Assembly (NCBI GenBank): GCA_937899865.1
Contig: CALBRH010000060.1
Span: 18,933 to 82,932 of the forward strand
From: an uncultured euryarchaeote
Lineage (GTDB): Archaea; Thermoplasmatota; Poseidoniia; Poseidoniales; Poseidoniaceae
Direction of reading: 5' to 3'
DNA length: 64,000 bases
Shown here: piece after piece, positions 28,967 through 39,004 of the stretch
How the letters are laid out: every line of letters starts with the position of its first letter
Numbering within the stretch: position 1 is the first letter of the stretch
Notes under the pieces: generated by a model
Databases searched by the model: none
Told to the model about the DNA's origin: nothing
The model's input: only the letters and a program-made list of their open reading frames with translations
Program-made: the position numbers and the translations under genes

Positions 28967-29773
28967 ATGTTTAAATCAAACTTGAAGAGAACATCGAGCC
29001 TGCTTTTGATCGGAACCCTCGGCCTATTGGCGTTAGGAAACGTTAGTGCTAATGTTGCTGGAGATGGATACATGGATGAGACCGATATGGTCGCTGTAAC
29101 TTTCTGGCTTGCAACTGCTATGATGTTAGCATCTACCGTTTTCTTCATGTTAGAGCGCCAAAATGTAGCGCCAAAATGGCGAACTTCAATGACTGTTGCT
29201 GCACTGGTAACTGGTGTTGCTTGGTACCACTACACTTACATGAGGAAGCATTGGGAAGCTTTCGAAACTTCTCCACTAGTTATGAGGTATATTGATTGGT
29301 TGATCACTGTACCACTTCAAGTTTCTGAGTTCTACCTAATACTTGCAGCAATTGGTGCTGCAACAGCCGCATTATTCTGGAGATTGTTTGGTGCTTCTCT
29401 AATTATGTTGCTTACTGGTTTCTTAGCAGAATCTGGTGAGTTGGATGATGGATTAACTTGGCCATTGTTCGTTATCGGTTGTGTTGCATGGATTTACATA
29501 ATCTATGAAATATGGGCTGGTGAAGCAAAGAAGAATGTCGGTGATGCTAGTGAAGGTACTCAATTCGCTTTCAAAGCAATGGCTTTCATTCTAACATTTG
29601 GATGGGCCATCTATCCAATTGGTTTCATGATGGGAGAAAGTGGAGACGCTGGCGATATTGAAATGTTAAACATTCTATACAATGTTGCTGACGTAGTCAA
29701 CAAGACTGCTTTTGGTCTAATGGTTTGGTATGCTGCTACAATGGATACCAAAGCATCTGGATCTGAAGAGTGA
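28967..29773 (+). CDS. Proteorhodopsin, proton-pumping type, blue-tuned (Gln at the position equivalent to 105)
   Basis: Signal peptide; WYHY (His75 eq.); RYIDWLITVPLQVSEF (Asp97, Gln105, Glu108 eq.); GWAIYPIG; retinal lysine in DVVNKTAFG. Confidence 0.96.
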   Translation: MFKSNLKRTSSLLLIGTLGLLALGNVSANVAGDGYMDETDMVAVTFWLATAMMLASTVFFMLERQNVAPKWRTSMTVAALVTGVAWYHYTYMRKHWEAFETSPLVMRYIDWLITVPLQVSEFYLILAAIGAATAALFWRLFGASLIMLLTGFLAESGELDDGLTWPLFVIGCVAWIYIIYEIWAGEAKKNVGDASEGTQFAFKAMAFILTFGWAIYPIGFMMGESGDAGDIEMLNILYNVADVVNKTAFGLMVWYAATMDTKASGSEE

Positions 29774-29841
29774 TGCCCATTAAGTTTGAGATATGTCATT
29801 GATAGTTAGCTATTGATGCTTGCTTTTGACATAATTTAAAT

Positions 29842-29942
29842 TTCTACAACGCAGTAAAGGTGGCGTTATTCCTTGGTAATATTCCCCCCCCCTCCGTGAT
29901 TAAGTTCCCAGGGAATGCGCCAACCACTGTGCTATTGTAGAA
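29842..29942. ncRNA. Candidate structured RNA or palindromic element (101-nt multi-stem hairpin)
   Basis: TTCTACAA/TTGTAGAA, CGCAGT/ACTGTG and GGTGGCGTTATTCCTTGG/CCAGGGAATGCGCCAACC nested stems around a loop containing C9. Confidence 0.4.
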
Positions 29943-29961
29943 TGTCATTAGATTATTGGGT

Positions 29962-30804
29962 TTAGGCGTTTTTTGAAATAGTATATTCAATCGCATTTCT
30001 AAAAATCTGCAAGCCTTGTCCTTCCCAATCAATTTCAGATTCAGTTTGCGGCGCTGTGCCTCTAGTGAAATCTGGATGAAGCCATTGGGCGTAGATGGCT
30101 TCTGGGTGTGGCATTAAGCCAAAGACAAGGCCTGTTTTGTCGCAAATTCCTGCAATGTTCATCATACTCCCATTGGGTGAAATTGGGAATGGTAAAACTT
30201 GATTGTTATCTACATCATCATTACTATTTGGATCAATATATCGTACGGTAATCTGGTTATTGGCTGATAGTTGAGTCAAACTCTCTCTGTCAGGCATTAC
30301 ATATTTCCCTTCACCATGCCTTACCGGGCAATCTATTCTAGTCATGCCCTTAGTCCAAATACAATTGCTATCTTGATTAAATTCTAATGTCACCCATCGA
30401 TCTTCATATCTACCTGAGTCATTAAGTGTAAGGCTTGCTCTTTGAATGAAATCTGGCTCATTGCCATCAGGCCCCGGTAATAATCCTGTTTTTACTAAGA
30501 CTTGGAAGCCATTACAAATACCAATTATCGGTTTATCTGCTTGAATAAATTTGGTTAATTCATCTCTAAGAGAAAATCGCATCCTATTACCCATCAATCT
30601 TCCACTACCAAGGTGGTCACCAAATGAGAATCCCCCTGGCACTGCAAGGATGTCGTAATTTGCTAAGTCGTCAGCCCCTGAGATAAATGAATTCAGATGT
30701 ACTCTCGTAGAATTGCCACCAACCATTTCGAAAACCGCTGCGGTTTCATGATCGCAATTTATCCCAAAACCAAACAACACTGCAACTTTTGGAATATACA
30801 TCAT
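29962..30804 (-). CDS. purQ: Phosphoribosylformylglycinamidine synthase subunit PurQ
   Basis: GFGINCDHET, PGGFSFGD, GICNGFQ, HGEG, NGS..NIAGI, GLMPHPE. Confidence 0.95.
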   Translation of the reverse strand: MMYIPKVAVLFGFGINCDHETAAVFEMVGGNSTRVHLNSFISGADDLANYDILAVPGGFSFGDHLGSGRLMGNRMRFSLRDELTKFIQADKPIIGICNGFQVLVKTGLLPGPDGNEPDFIQRASLTLNDSGRYEDRWVTLEFNQDSNCIWTKGMTRIDCPVRHGEGKYVMPDRESLTQLSANNQITVRYIDPNSNDDVDNNQVLPFPISPNGSMMNIAGICDKTGLVFGLMPHPEAIYAQWLHPDFTRGTAPQTESEIDWEGQGLQIFRNAIEYTISKNA

Positions 30805-33800
30805 ATCTCACCCCCGGTCATATCAAGAGTGCTTTGCCAAGATTGTACCATTTGAGATACGTCGGCTGATATTATCTCATCAAATCCATCTGTTATGGAT
30901 AATGATTGGGTGTTTTCGATAGTGCCTAGATATGTTGTTGTGCTGCCTGCCATTTGTTTTAGGAAATCTGTTTCATTTTCAGGAGAGACTGCAATAACAA
31001 TTCTACCGAGTGACTCTCCCCATAAACGGGACCAAAGGGTGCCTTTTCCTGTTCCATCAATGTCTATTTTAGCACCGATTCTTCCACCGATGCACATCTC
31101 TGCAAGTGCAACTCCCAAGCCACCTTCTGAACAATCGTGAGCTGTTTTTACTAGACCAGAATTGATAGCAGAACTTAGGGAATGATATGATTTGAACAAT
31201 TTTTCTGGATTATCTAGGCTAGGAACTTTACCTCCGATTCCTTTTGCTTGGCCTCTTTCTTTGAGCATAAAGGAAACTTCTGAAGCACCCAATTCGTCCA
31301 TCGATTCGCCAACCAAATATATTCTATCACCAGGGTTTTTGAAATCACTAGTTGCTGTGTTTCTAACGTCAGGATGGTCGCCAAATAGCGAGAATAGTAA
31401 TGTAGGTGGAATAGAAATCTTATCAGCTCCTTTACCATAATCATTCTTCATTGAGTCTTTACCGCTAACGCAAGGTAAACGATAAGCGCGACAAATTCGT
31501 TCTAATTCTCTATTGGCTCGAACTAATTGGGCAAGTTTGAATTTACCATCTGGGGTTTTCTCGGATTGGATTGGATCTGGCCAGCAAAAGTTGTCAAGTC
31601 CAGCGATTTTGTTGACATCTACTCCAACGCAGACAGCATTTCTAACCGCTTCATCAATGGCTGCAGCCGCCATTGCTCCAGCATCAATATCTGAATAACG
31701 AGGAGAGATCCCGCATGAAACTACTAAACCTCTAGGATTGCCGTGAATTGGTGCAATTACTCCCGCATCACCCGGCCCATCTCTTTCAATTCCAACAAAT
31801 GGTTTCACCGCAGTTTGAGCGATGACTTCGTGATCATATTGCCGTACCCAGGTTTCCTTACTAGCAATATTTGGCCGAGCCAATAAATCGAGTAAGATGT
31901 TGTTGTGGTCTGCGTTTATTGGAGCCTCAAATAATTCATGTTGGGGTGGGTTCCATTCGGATTCTAATTCTAATTGAGGGACTCCATCATGTAAAAATTC
32001 GATTGGTAAGTATGCTACTGTTTCATCATCATATTGTACATGGAACATACCTGTAGAGGTGAATTCGGCAACTGCTGTTGCTTCAACCTCATGTAGTGAG
32101 GCGAGGTTTTCAAAGGCGTCTACATCCTCTGGTTTTACCGCTACAGTCATCCTTTCTTGGCTCTCTGAAACCAATATTTCCCAAGGTGAAAGCCCTGGTT
32201 GTTTTAGTGGTACTTTGGCTAAATCAATTTTACAACCATTAGTATATTCTGCCATTTCTCCTATCGAAGAAGATAGCCCGCCTGCACCATTATCTGTAAT
32301 ACAGGTAATCAAACCAATATCTCTTGCTTCAAGAATCATGTCTATCATTTTCTTTTGGGTGATTGGGTCGCCTATCTGAACCGCGCTGGATGGAGATTCT
32401 TCTGTTAATTCAAGTGATGAAAAGGTGGCTCCATGAATTCCATCATATCCAACCCTTCCTCCAACCATATAGACTACATCTCCAGCGCTTGGCGTCTTGA
32501 TATGAGATTCTCTACCATCTGGAAGTTTTCTTGGCATTAGACCTACAGTACCACAATAAACCAATGGCTTGCCCAAATACCTCTCATCAAATATGATTGC
32601 TCCATTAATTGTCGGAATTCCAGATTCATTACCTCCTACTCGGACTCCTGAATGGACGCCACGTAATACTCGAGAGGGGTGAAATAAATTCTCAGGAATT
32701 TCTCCTTGCCAATCAGGTGGGCCGAAACAGAAAACATCTGTATTAGCGATTGGTCTTGCACCAAGTCCGGTTCCAAGTATATCTCTATTGACACCAACGA
32801 TGCCAGTCATCGCACCGCCATAAGGGTCTAATGCAGAGGGGGAGTTGTGTGTTTCAGCTTTCATGCATACGCTCCATTCATCATCCCAAGCAATAACTCC
32901 AGAGTTATCGTGGAATACTGAAAGTAGCCAATCTACCTCTTTTTGCATATCATGAGTTGGTTTCATAATATGGGTTTTGAAAATTGAATCTACAACAGAA
33001 TCTTCTCCGGTTTCCAAATCTTTGTGATGGATTTTTGATGCGAATATCTTGTGTTTACAGTGTTCGCTCCATGTCTGTGCTAAGCATTCTAACTCGACGT
33101 CTGTTGGTTTGTTTTCAACAATACCAACGCCGCGACGTGAATTTTGTATTGCTTCATCGCGATAGTGTGATTGTATGGCTTTCATCTCTTCGAGATTAAG
33201 AGCTAATAGTCCCGTTTCTGAAATATCAATAAGTTCATTGTCACCTATTTCTAAATCTATATGCGCTGGTTGCTTGAATTCTTGTGGGGGTTTTTCTGGA
33301 TATTCGATCATTGGCCAATTATTTTGTTGGCACATTTCACTATCAGAAACCACTGCTCTTTCAATCAAATTATTGTATAATTTTGATGCAATGAATTCTG
33401 GTGTTGCTTGCCCGTTGACCCCATAAAAGGCATAAGTGATGTAAGTCGAAATGTCTGAATCGATACTTGCATCTGGAAAAATAGTTCTGAACCCATCTAG
33501 TGCAGCCTTGCCTGGGTTATCTGTAACACCAGGTTTGAAACCAACTGAAATTACTGCATCGGGAGTTGATTCGAAAATATCTTTTGACTCCAAAAAGGTT
33601 TGATTTAATGTCGAATGTTCAATAATAGGATCTGCAAATAAATCATCGGCCCTTTCCGATATGGAACTGGAATCAATATCTGAACTAATTAGAAACCCAA
33701 CTATACTTCTAACTTCACTAAAAGTAATACCATAATCGGCTTGTAATCTACGCCTAACTACATCTCCTCGTACATCTCTAAGTCCTTCGCCTGACTTAGG

Positions 33801-33827
33801 TGTTGCTTCAACTCGAGTGATTTGCAT
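30801..33827 (-). CDS. purL: Phosphoribosylformylglycinamidine synthase subunit PurL with N-terminal PurS-like extension
   Basis: QTWSEHCKHK, KAETHNSPS, GAMTGIVG, DNGAGG, SESQERM, YDHEV, SGKDS, HDCSEGG; start overlaps purQ. Confidence 0.95.
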   Translation of the reverse strand: MQITRVEATPKSGEGLRDVRGDVVRRRLQADYGITFSEVRSIVGFLISSDIDSSSISERADDLFADPIIEHSTLNQTFLESKDIFESTPDAVISVGFKPGVTDNPGKAALDGFRTIFPDASIDSDISTYITYAFYGVNGQATPEFIASKLYNNLIERAVVSDSEMCQQNNWPMIEYPEKPPQEFKQPAHIDLEIGDNELIDISETGLLALNLEEMKAIQSHYRDEAIQNSRRGVGIVENKPTDVELECLAQTWSEHCKHKIFASKIHHKDLETGEDSVVDSIFKTHIMKPTHDMQKEVDWLLSVFHDNSGVIAWDDEWSVCMKAETHNSPSALDPYGGAMTGIVGVNRDILGTGLGARPIANTDVFCFGPPDWQGEIPENLFHPSRVLRGVHSGVRVGGNESGIPTINGAIIFDERYLGKPLVYCGTVGLMPRKLPDGRESHIKTPSAGDVVYMVGGRVGYDGIHGATFSSLELTEESPSSAVQIGDPITQKKMIDMILEARDIGLITCITDNGAGGLSSSIGEMAEYTNGCKIDLAKVPLKQPGLSPWEILVSESQERMTVAVKPEDVDAFENLASLHEVEATAVAEFTSTGMFHVQYDDETVAYLPIEFLHDGVPQLELESEWNPPQHELFEAPINADHNNILLDLLARPNIASKETWVRQYDHEVIAQTAVKPFVGIERDGPGDAGVIAPIHGNPRGLVVSCGISPRYSDIDAGAMAAAAIDEAVRNAVCVGVDVNKIAGLDNFCWPDPIQSEKTPDGKFKLAQLVRANRELERICRAYRLPCVSGKDSMKNDYGKGADKISIPPTLLFSLFGDHPDVRNTATSDFKNPGDRIYLVGESMDELGASEVSFMLKERGQAKGIGGKVPSLDNPEKLFKSYHSLSSAINSGLVKTAHDCSEGGLGVALAEMCIGGRIGAKIDIDGTGKGTLWSRLWGESLGRIVIAVSPENETDFLKQMAGSTTTYLGTIENTQSLSITDGFDEIISADVSQMVQSWQSTLDMTGGEI

Positions 33828-33895
33828 CGCGGTCGCCTACTGGGGGGGTCATATTGATGGCGGCCAATACGCTCTTTGAACAATACGGAAGAATG

Positions 33896-36826
33896 TCAAA
33901 GTATTTCTTTAAGATATTGTCCAGTAAAACTGTGTATATTATCGGCGATTTTTTCTGGCGTTCCATGTGCGATTAGTTGGCCGCCGCGGTCGCCTCCTTC
34001 AGGGCCTAAATCAATGACCCAGTCACTGGATTTAACAACATCTAAATGGTGTTCAATGACTATTACCGTGTGCCCTTTGCCACGTAATTCTAACAACACA
34101 TCAATCAGCATTTGAACATCTGATAGTGCTAGCCCGGTTGTCGGTTCGTCAAGGATGTAAACTGTGTGTTTGTTAGGAGGTCTGCGTAGTTCACTAGCGA
34201 GTTTTACTCTTTGCGCTTCACCACCAGATAATGTTGTAGCAGGTTGGCCAAGTCTAACATAAGATAGTCCTACAGCGCATAGGGTGTCTAAAGTTCGATG
34301 AATTTTTTTATGATTTTCAAAGAATTTTGTAGCTTCACCAATCGGCATCTCAAGGATATCGTGGATGGTTTTGCCTTTCCACGTCACTTCAAGACATTCT
34401 CTGGTGTATCTTTTCCCTTCACAAACATCACAAGTGATCCAAACATCGGGTAAGAAGTTCATTTCCAACTTAATTGAGCCTGCGCCACTACAAGCTTCAC
34501 ACCTGCCCCCCTTTACATTGAAACTGAAGTTTCCTGGAGTATAACCTCTTTCTTTAGACAAGGTTGTTTGGGCAAATAATTTTCTAATTTCATCGAATAC
34601 TTTTGTGTAAGTTGCTGGATTGGAGCGGGGGGTTCGACCAATTGGGGATTGATCTATGATAATCGCCTTGTCTATTTTCTCAATTCCTTCAACACTCTTG
34701 TGCTTTCCAGGAGAAGTATCCGCATTATGTAATGACCGTTGCAGGATTGGTGCAAGAATACCAGAAACAAGTGATGATTTTCCAGAGCCAGAAACTCCTG
34801 TTACAGATGTCATACAGCCTAGTGGAAATTCAACATTTATCGATTGTAAATTATTATGTTTAGCACCTTTAATTTTTATTTTATCTTTGGTTGGTTTCTT
34901 TCTTTTAACAGGAGGTTCTATGGCTTTTCTACCACTTAAGTAGGCTCCTGTAATGGATTCTTCAGCCTTCATTACTTCTTCTGGCGGCCCATTTGCAACA
35001 ACGGTTCCTCCTTCTAATCCCGCCCCTGGTCCTAAGTCACAAAGCCAATCTGCTTGTCTTAATGTGTCTTCATCGTGTTCAACTACGATTAGGGTGTTTC
35101 CTAAATCGCTTAACTCTCGAAGTGTTGCAAGTAATCTTGAATTATCTCTTTGGTGTAAACCAATTGATGGTTCGTCAAGAACATACATCACACCTGTCAA
35201 CCTGCTACCGATTTGAGTTGCCAATCTAATTCTTTGACTTTCACCACCAGATAATGTGTTGGCTTTTCTATCTAAAGTAAGATAATCAAGCCCAACGCTG
35301 TTAAGGAAATCAAGTCGGCTTTCGATTTCTTTCAAAATTTCATTGCCGATGAATAGGCTCTTTTCATCCAGTATCTCTAATTGGTCGGCATACATTTCCG
35401 GTGGCCCGTTCTCATTTTCTGGACGCCATGCTTTGACTAATTCTAAACTATCATGGATAGAACATGAAGAAACTTCTGGGAGTCTAATTCCCCCAACAGT
35501 TACATGTCTGGCTGCTGCGTTTAATTTCTCACCATTACAATCAGCACAAGGTAAATCTGTCATGCAATTAATCAGCCGACCTCTGGTTCTATCCGATGAG
35601 GTTTCAGTATAGGTTTTCTCAAGCCTTGGGATTATTCCCTCCCATGGACGATTCATTTTGTAAACAGAGCCATTATCTGATTCAAAATGGAAGTTAATTA
35701 CAGTAGATCCTGAGCCATGTAATAGAATGTCTTGCTCATCATCTGATAGTAATTTGAATGGTACATGTGATGGTATACTGTAGTGTTCTGCGACTTGCTC
35801 AAGCAATCTTCGGTACCAAGATGGTGACATTGAGCGCCTCCATGGCCTAACACACCCATTACTAATGGTCATTTCATAATCGATTACTAATTCAACGTTG
35901 AATTGTCTTTGTACACCTAAACCTTGACAGCTGCTACAAGCACCGAGTGGAGAATTAAATGAAAATACTCTAGGAGATAATTCAGGCATAAATGCACCGT
36001 GTTCCGGACAAGCAAAATCTTCTGACCATGAGATTATTGCACCCGCTTTGTGTTCTCTTGACTTGCTGCCTTTTGGTAGTGATAAATTCTCAGAAGGTTG
36101 TTTCAAACTCTCTATTGCAAGAGCCCCTCCACCCAATTTAAGAGATGATTCTACTGCTTCAGTAAGCCTCTGTCGGGATTTCCTACGACAAACAAAACGG
36201 TCAATTCTCACATCAATATCGTGACGGAAGTTTTTGTCTAAATCTGGTGGTGACTCGAACTCAGCATCGTGGCCATTTACCTTACCATTCAGAAAACCTT
36301 GTTCTACTAACTGCCTGAACAAATCTTGGTGAGTGCCTTTTCTTGCTCTAATGACTGGTGACCAAACTGCAATTGTATGTTCTTCGAGATTCCATAAAAT
36401 ATCGTCGACTATTTCCTGTACGGTTCGGCGCGCAACCTCTACACCGCATGTAGGACAGTGTGGCTTGCCGATTCTCGCCCAAAGTAAACGTAAGTAATCT
36501 TGAATTTCCGTTACTGTTGCAACTGTTGAACGTGGATTGTGGCTACCTTGTTTTTGATCTATTGAAATGGCTGGAGATAGCCCTTCTATTCCATCACAAT
36601 CGGCTTTTTTCATCTGCCCGATGAATTGCCTTGCATATGATGAAAGGCTCTCAACATATCTTCTCTGGCCTTCAGCGTATAGAGTATCAAAAGCCAAACT
36701 AGACTTGCCTGAACCTGAAACCCCCGAGACTACAACAAATTTACCTCTTGGTAATTTAACATCGATATTTTTCAAGTTGTGAGTTCGAGCACCGCGCACG
36801 GTTATCCAATCTTGATTATCACTCAT
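33896..36826 (-). CDS. uvrA: Excinuclease ABC subunit A
   Basis: Two ABC modules (GVSGSGKSS twice, LSGGE twice, LDEP twice), Zn-finger CxxC pairs; SD AGGTGAGG. Confidence 0.97.
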   Translation of the reverse strand: MSDNQDWITVRGARTHNLKNIDVKLPRGKFVVVSGVSGSGKSSLAFDTLYAEGQRRYVESLSSYARQFIGQMKKADCDGIEGLSPAISIDQKQGSHNPRSTVATVTEIQDYLRLLWARIGKPHCPTCGVEVARRTVQEIVDDILWNLEEHTIAVWSPVIRARKGTHQDLFRQLVEQGFLNGKVNGHDAEFESPPDLDKNFRHDIDVRIDRFVCRRKSRQRLTEAVESSLKLGGGALAIESLKQPSENLSLPKGSKSREHKAGAIISWSEDFACPEHGAFMPELSPRVFSFNSPLGACSSCQGLGVQRQFNVELVIDYEMTISNGCVRPWRRSMSPSWYRRLLEQVAEHYSIPSHVPFKLLSDDEQDILLHGSGSTVINFHFESDNGSVYKMNRPWEGIIPRLEKTYTETSSDRTRGRLINCMTDLPCADCNGEKLNAAARHVTVGGIRLPEVSSCSIHDSLELVKAWRPENENGPPEMYADQLEILDEKSLFIGNEILKEIESRLDFLNSVGLDYLTLDRKANTLSGGESQRIRLATQIGSRLTGVMYVLDEPSIGLHQRDNSRLLATLRELSDLGNTLIVVEHDEDTLRQADWLCDLGPGAGLEGGTVVANGPPEEVMKAEESITGAYLSGRKAIEPPVKRKKPTKDKIKIKGAKHNNLQSINVEFPLGCMTSVTGVSGSGKSSLVSGILAPILQRSLHNADTSPGKHKSVEGIEKIDKAIIIDQSPIGRTPRSNPATYTKVFDEIRKLFAQTTLSKERGYTPGNFSFNVKGGRCEACSGAGSIKLEMNFLPDVWITCDVCEGKRYTRECLEVTWKGKTIHDILEMPIGEATKFFENHKKIHRTLDTLCAVGLSYVRLGQPATTLSGGEAQRVKLASELRRPPNKHTVYILDEPTTGLALSDVQMLIDVLLELRGKGHTVIVIEHHLDVVKSSDWVIDLGPEGGDRGGQLIAHGTPEKIADNIHSFTGQYLKEIL

Positions 36827-36893
36827 GGCCTCACCTAATTATGATTGGATGGCAAGAGTTCAATAAGTCCTCTATTTGAATTGATGGTTTGTA

Positions 36894-37766
36894 TCATAAT
36901 TTGCCAAAATTATGTTTAGCCTCAAACCGCATCGGTTCATCGCTTTGTGGATGAAGGAATTCCAAAGATGTTGCATGTAAACATATTCGTGAGACTGGGT
37001 TGGTTTGTGCGCCGTGTAAAGTGTCGCCAACTATTGGGTGACCTATTGATTTCATCGCCATGCGAATTTGGTGCCTACGACCGGTTTCAATCATTAATCT
37101 AACAAGTGATGATGAATCATGAGTGGACAAAACCTCCCAATGAGTTATTGCTAGTTTGCCGTGTTTATTTGTCTTAGATGTTGGGTTGATGTTGAGATGT
37201 TTGTCTTCTATGAGATATTGTTCTACGGTTCCAGATTTTGGGAGTAATTTTCCTTCAACTAAAGCGTGGTAGATTCGATAAACTGAGCGTGTGGAAAATT
37301 GTTCTTGGAGGTATTCTTTACCAGATTTGGTTTTTGCGAGAAGCATTATTCCTGATGTTTCTTTATCCAATCGGTGAACTATGTAAGCCCAAGCTTTGAC
37401 ATCGTTTTGTTTTAAGTAATCTACACATTTTGAATGAAGTGTGTTGTCCTCTAATTTATCGGTTGCCACAGACAATAATTTTGCCGGTTTTTCAACAACT
37501 AAGATATAATCATCTTCATAAATTATATCGATTGATAGATTCTTTACTTTGATTTTTGATTGAGAGGTTTGTACTTGTGTTGGATTATCGAGTAGTTCGA
37601 AAATATCATTTTTCTGTAGTTTGTATTTAGCCTTATGAACTATTTCTGAATTTATTTTAATGCGCCCATTGGACAACATTTTTCGCAATTTATTGGTTGA
37701 TGATTTGGGGAAGATTTGTTTAAGCAGATCTAATAATTCTATTTCATCGGTGATTGTTTTTTTCAT
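36894..37766 (-). CDS. RluA/RluD-family RNA pseudouridine synthase with S4 domain
   Basis: VVEKPA, catalytic HRLDKETSG, ETGRRHQIR, GHPIVGD..HG, LHA. Confidence 0.92.
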   Translation of the reverse strand: MKKTITDEIELLDLLKQIFPKSSTNKLRKMLSNGRIKINSEIVHKAKYKLQKNDIFELLDNPTQVQTSQSKIKVKNLSIDIIYEDDYILVVEKPAKLLSVATDKLEDNTLHSKCVDYLKQNDVKAWAYIVHRLDKETSGIMLLAKTKSGKEYLQEQFSTRSVYRIYHALVEGKLLPKSGTVEQYLIEDKHLNINPTSKTNKHGKLAITHWEVLSTHDSSSLVRLMIETGRRHQIRMAMKSIGHPIVGDTLHGAQTNPVSRICLHATSLEFLHPQSDEPMRFEAKHNFGKL

Positions 37767-37774
37767 TATCTCAC

Positions 37775-38980
37775 CTACAATAATATAATTTTACATCGCT
37801 CGCCTTTACGCCCTTTTGCTGCTGGTTCAATCACTGTTAAACCATCACTCATAGCGATTCCTGCAATATTTCCAGAGCCTTGATGGCCTTTTAACCGAGC
37901 GTAGGTAATACCGTTTGATTCGAATAATTCTACTCGTCTAAAAGTGGTAAATCCTTCTTGGGTTTTGATATCTTCATCTAAGATCGCGTGGGTAAATTTG
38001 TTATTGACATCTTTGGATTTAGTAAGTGATGTTAGCCATTTCCCAACAATTGCTCTAAACACAACGTGACTACTTACTGGATTTCCAGGTAATCCAAAAA
38101 TTGGAGTGTTTTCCCACATACCAAATATTGGTGGTGAGCCAGGTCTCATCTTAACCCTCCAGAATTTGATATCTCCTTCTTGCTCCATTAAGATTCTAAC
38201 AAAGTCTTTGTCACCCATAGATACTCCTCCTGAAGTGATTATGCAATCATGGGTTTTTGATGCTTCATTCAGCGTGTCGCGAAGAATATCTATATCATCT
38301 ATAACATTGGAGAAACGGGTTACTTCGTGGCCATAAATTTCTACTAAAGCAGCCAAACCATAAGAATTAGATTCGTATATTTGCCCGTGCTCTAAATCAT
38401 CATCTAGAGATTTGAGTTCATCGCCAGTTGATATTACTGCAATCTTGAGTTTTTTGAAAACGGAGATTGTTGATATCCCTGCGGCTGCGCACAAAGCTAT
38501 TTTTTCTGGAGACATCGTTTCTCCGGGAGAAAAAATTGTTTGGTTTTTTGCGAAATTTTCGCCCAATTTACGGATAAAATGGGGTTTTGATGGTTTATTG
38601 AGAGTTACTTTGTCACCCGCTACAGTACAATCTTCTATTGGAATTATAGAGTCCGCTCCTTGTGGTATTGGTGCTCCTGTCATGATTCTTATCGCTTGAC
38701 CAGATGATAATGTGCGGCTTTCTGTAGAGCCTGCCATTGAAGCGCCGATAATAGATAATTGGGAGGGAGGTGATGTTGTGTCTGAATGCACAACTGCAAA
38801 TCCATCCATCGCTGAATTATCAAACCCTGGATCGTTTACTTTGGCCTTAATATCACTAGAAACTATACGATTAATCGATTGTGAAATTGGTATTATCTCA
38901 GATCCTACATCTATGGATGTTTTTTGGCACAAACTAATTGCTTCGTTTAGAGAAACAAAGTATGGGTATGGTTTGGCCAT
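37775..38980 (-). CDS. moeA: Molybdopterin molybdotransferase MoeA (gephyrin-like)
   Basis: FDNSAMDGFA, IMTGAPIP.GAD, ISTGDEL, SGGVSMGDKD, PIFGLPGNPVS. Confidence 0.94.
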   Translation of the reverse strand: MAKPYPYFVSLNEAISLCQKTSIDVGSEIIPISQSINRIVSSDIKAKVNDPGFDNSAMDGFAVVHSDTTSPPSQLSIIGASMAGSTESRTLSSGQAIRIMTGAPIPQGADSIIPIEDCTVAGDKVTLNKPSKPHFIRKLGENFAKNQTIFSPGETMSPEKIALCAAAGISTISVFKKLKIAVISTGDELKSLDDDLEHGQIYESNSYGLAALVEIYGHEVTRFSNVIDDIDILRDTLNEASKTHDCIITSGGVSMGDKDFVRILMEQEGDIKFWRVKMRPGSPPIFGMWENTPIFGLPGNPVSSHVVFRAIVGKWLTSLTKSKDVNNKFTHAILDEDIKTQEGFTTFRRVELFESNGITYARLKGHQGSGNIAGIAMSDGLTVIEPAAKGRKGERCKIILL

Positions 38981-39004
38981 ATACTCCCCAAAACAAAATT
39001 TACT

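Noticed and set aside
29830-29945. Resemblance to a Cas12a repeat (AATTTCTAC...GTAGA) and to a cobalamin riboswitch (AGGT...GGGAA...ACTGT)
   Set aside because: Single copy, no spacers or cas genes; riboswitch core elements missing and the site is downstream of both flanking genes.
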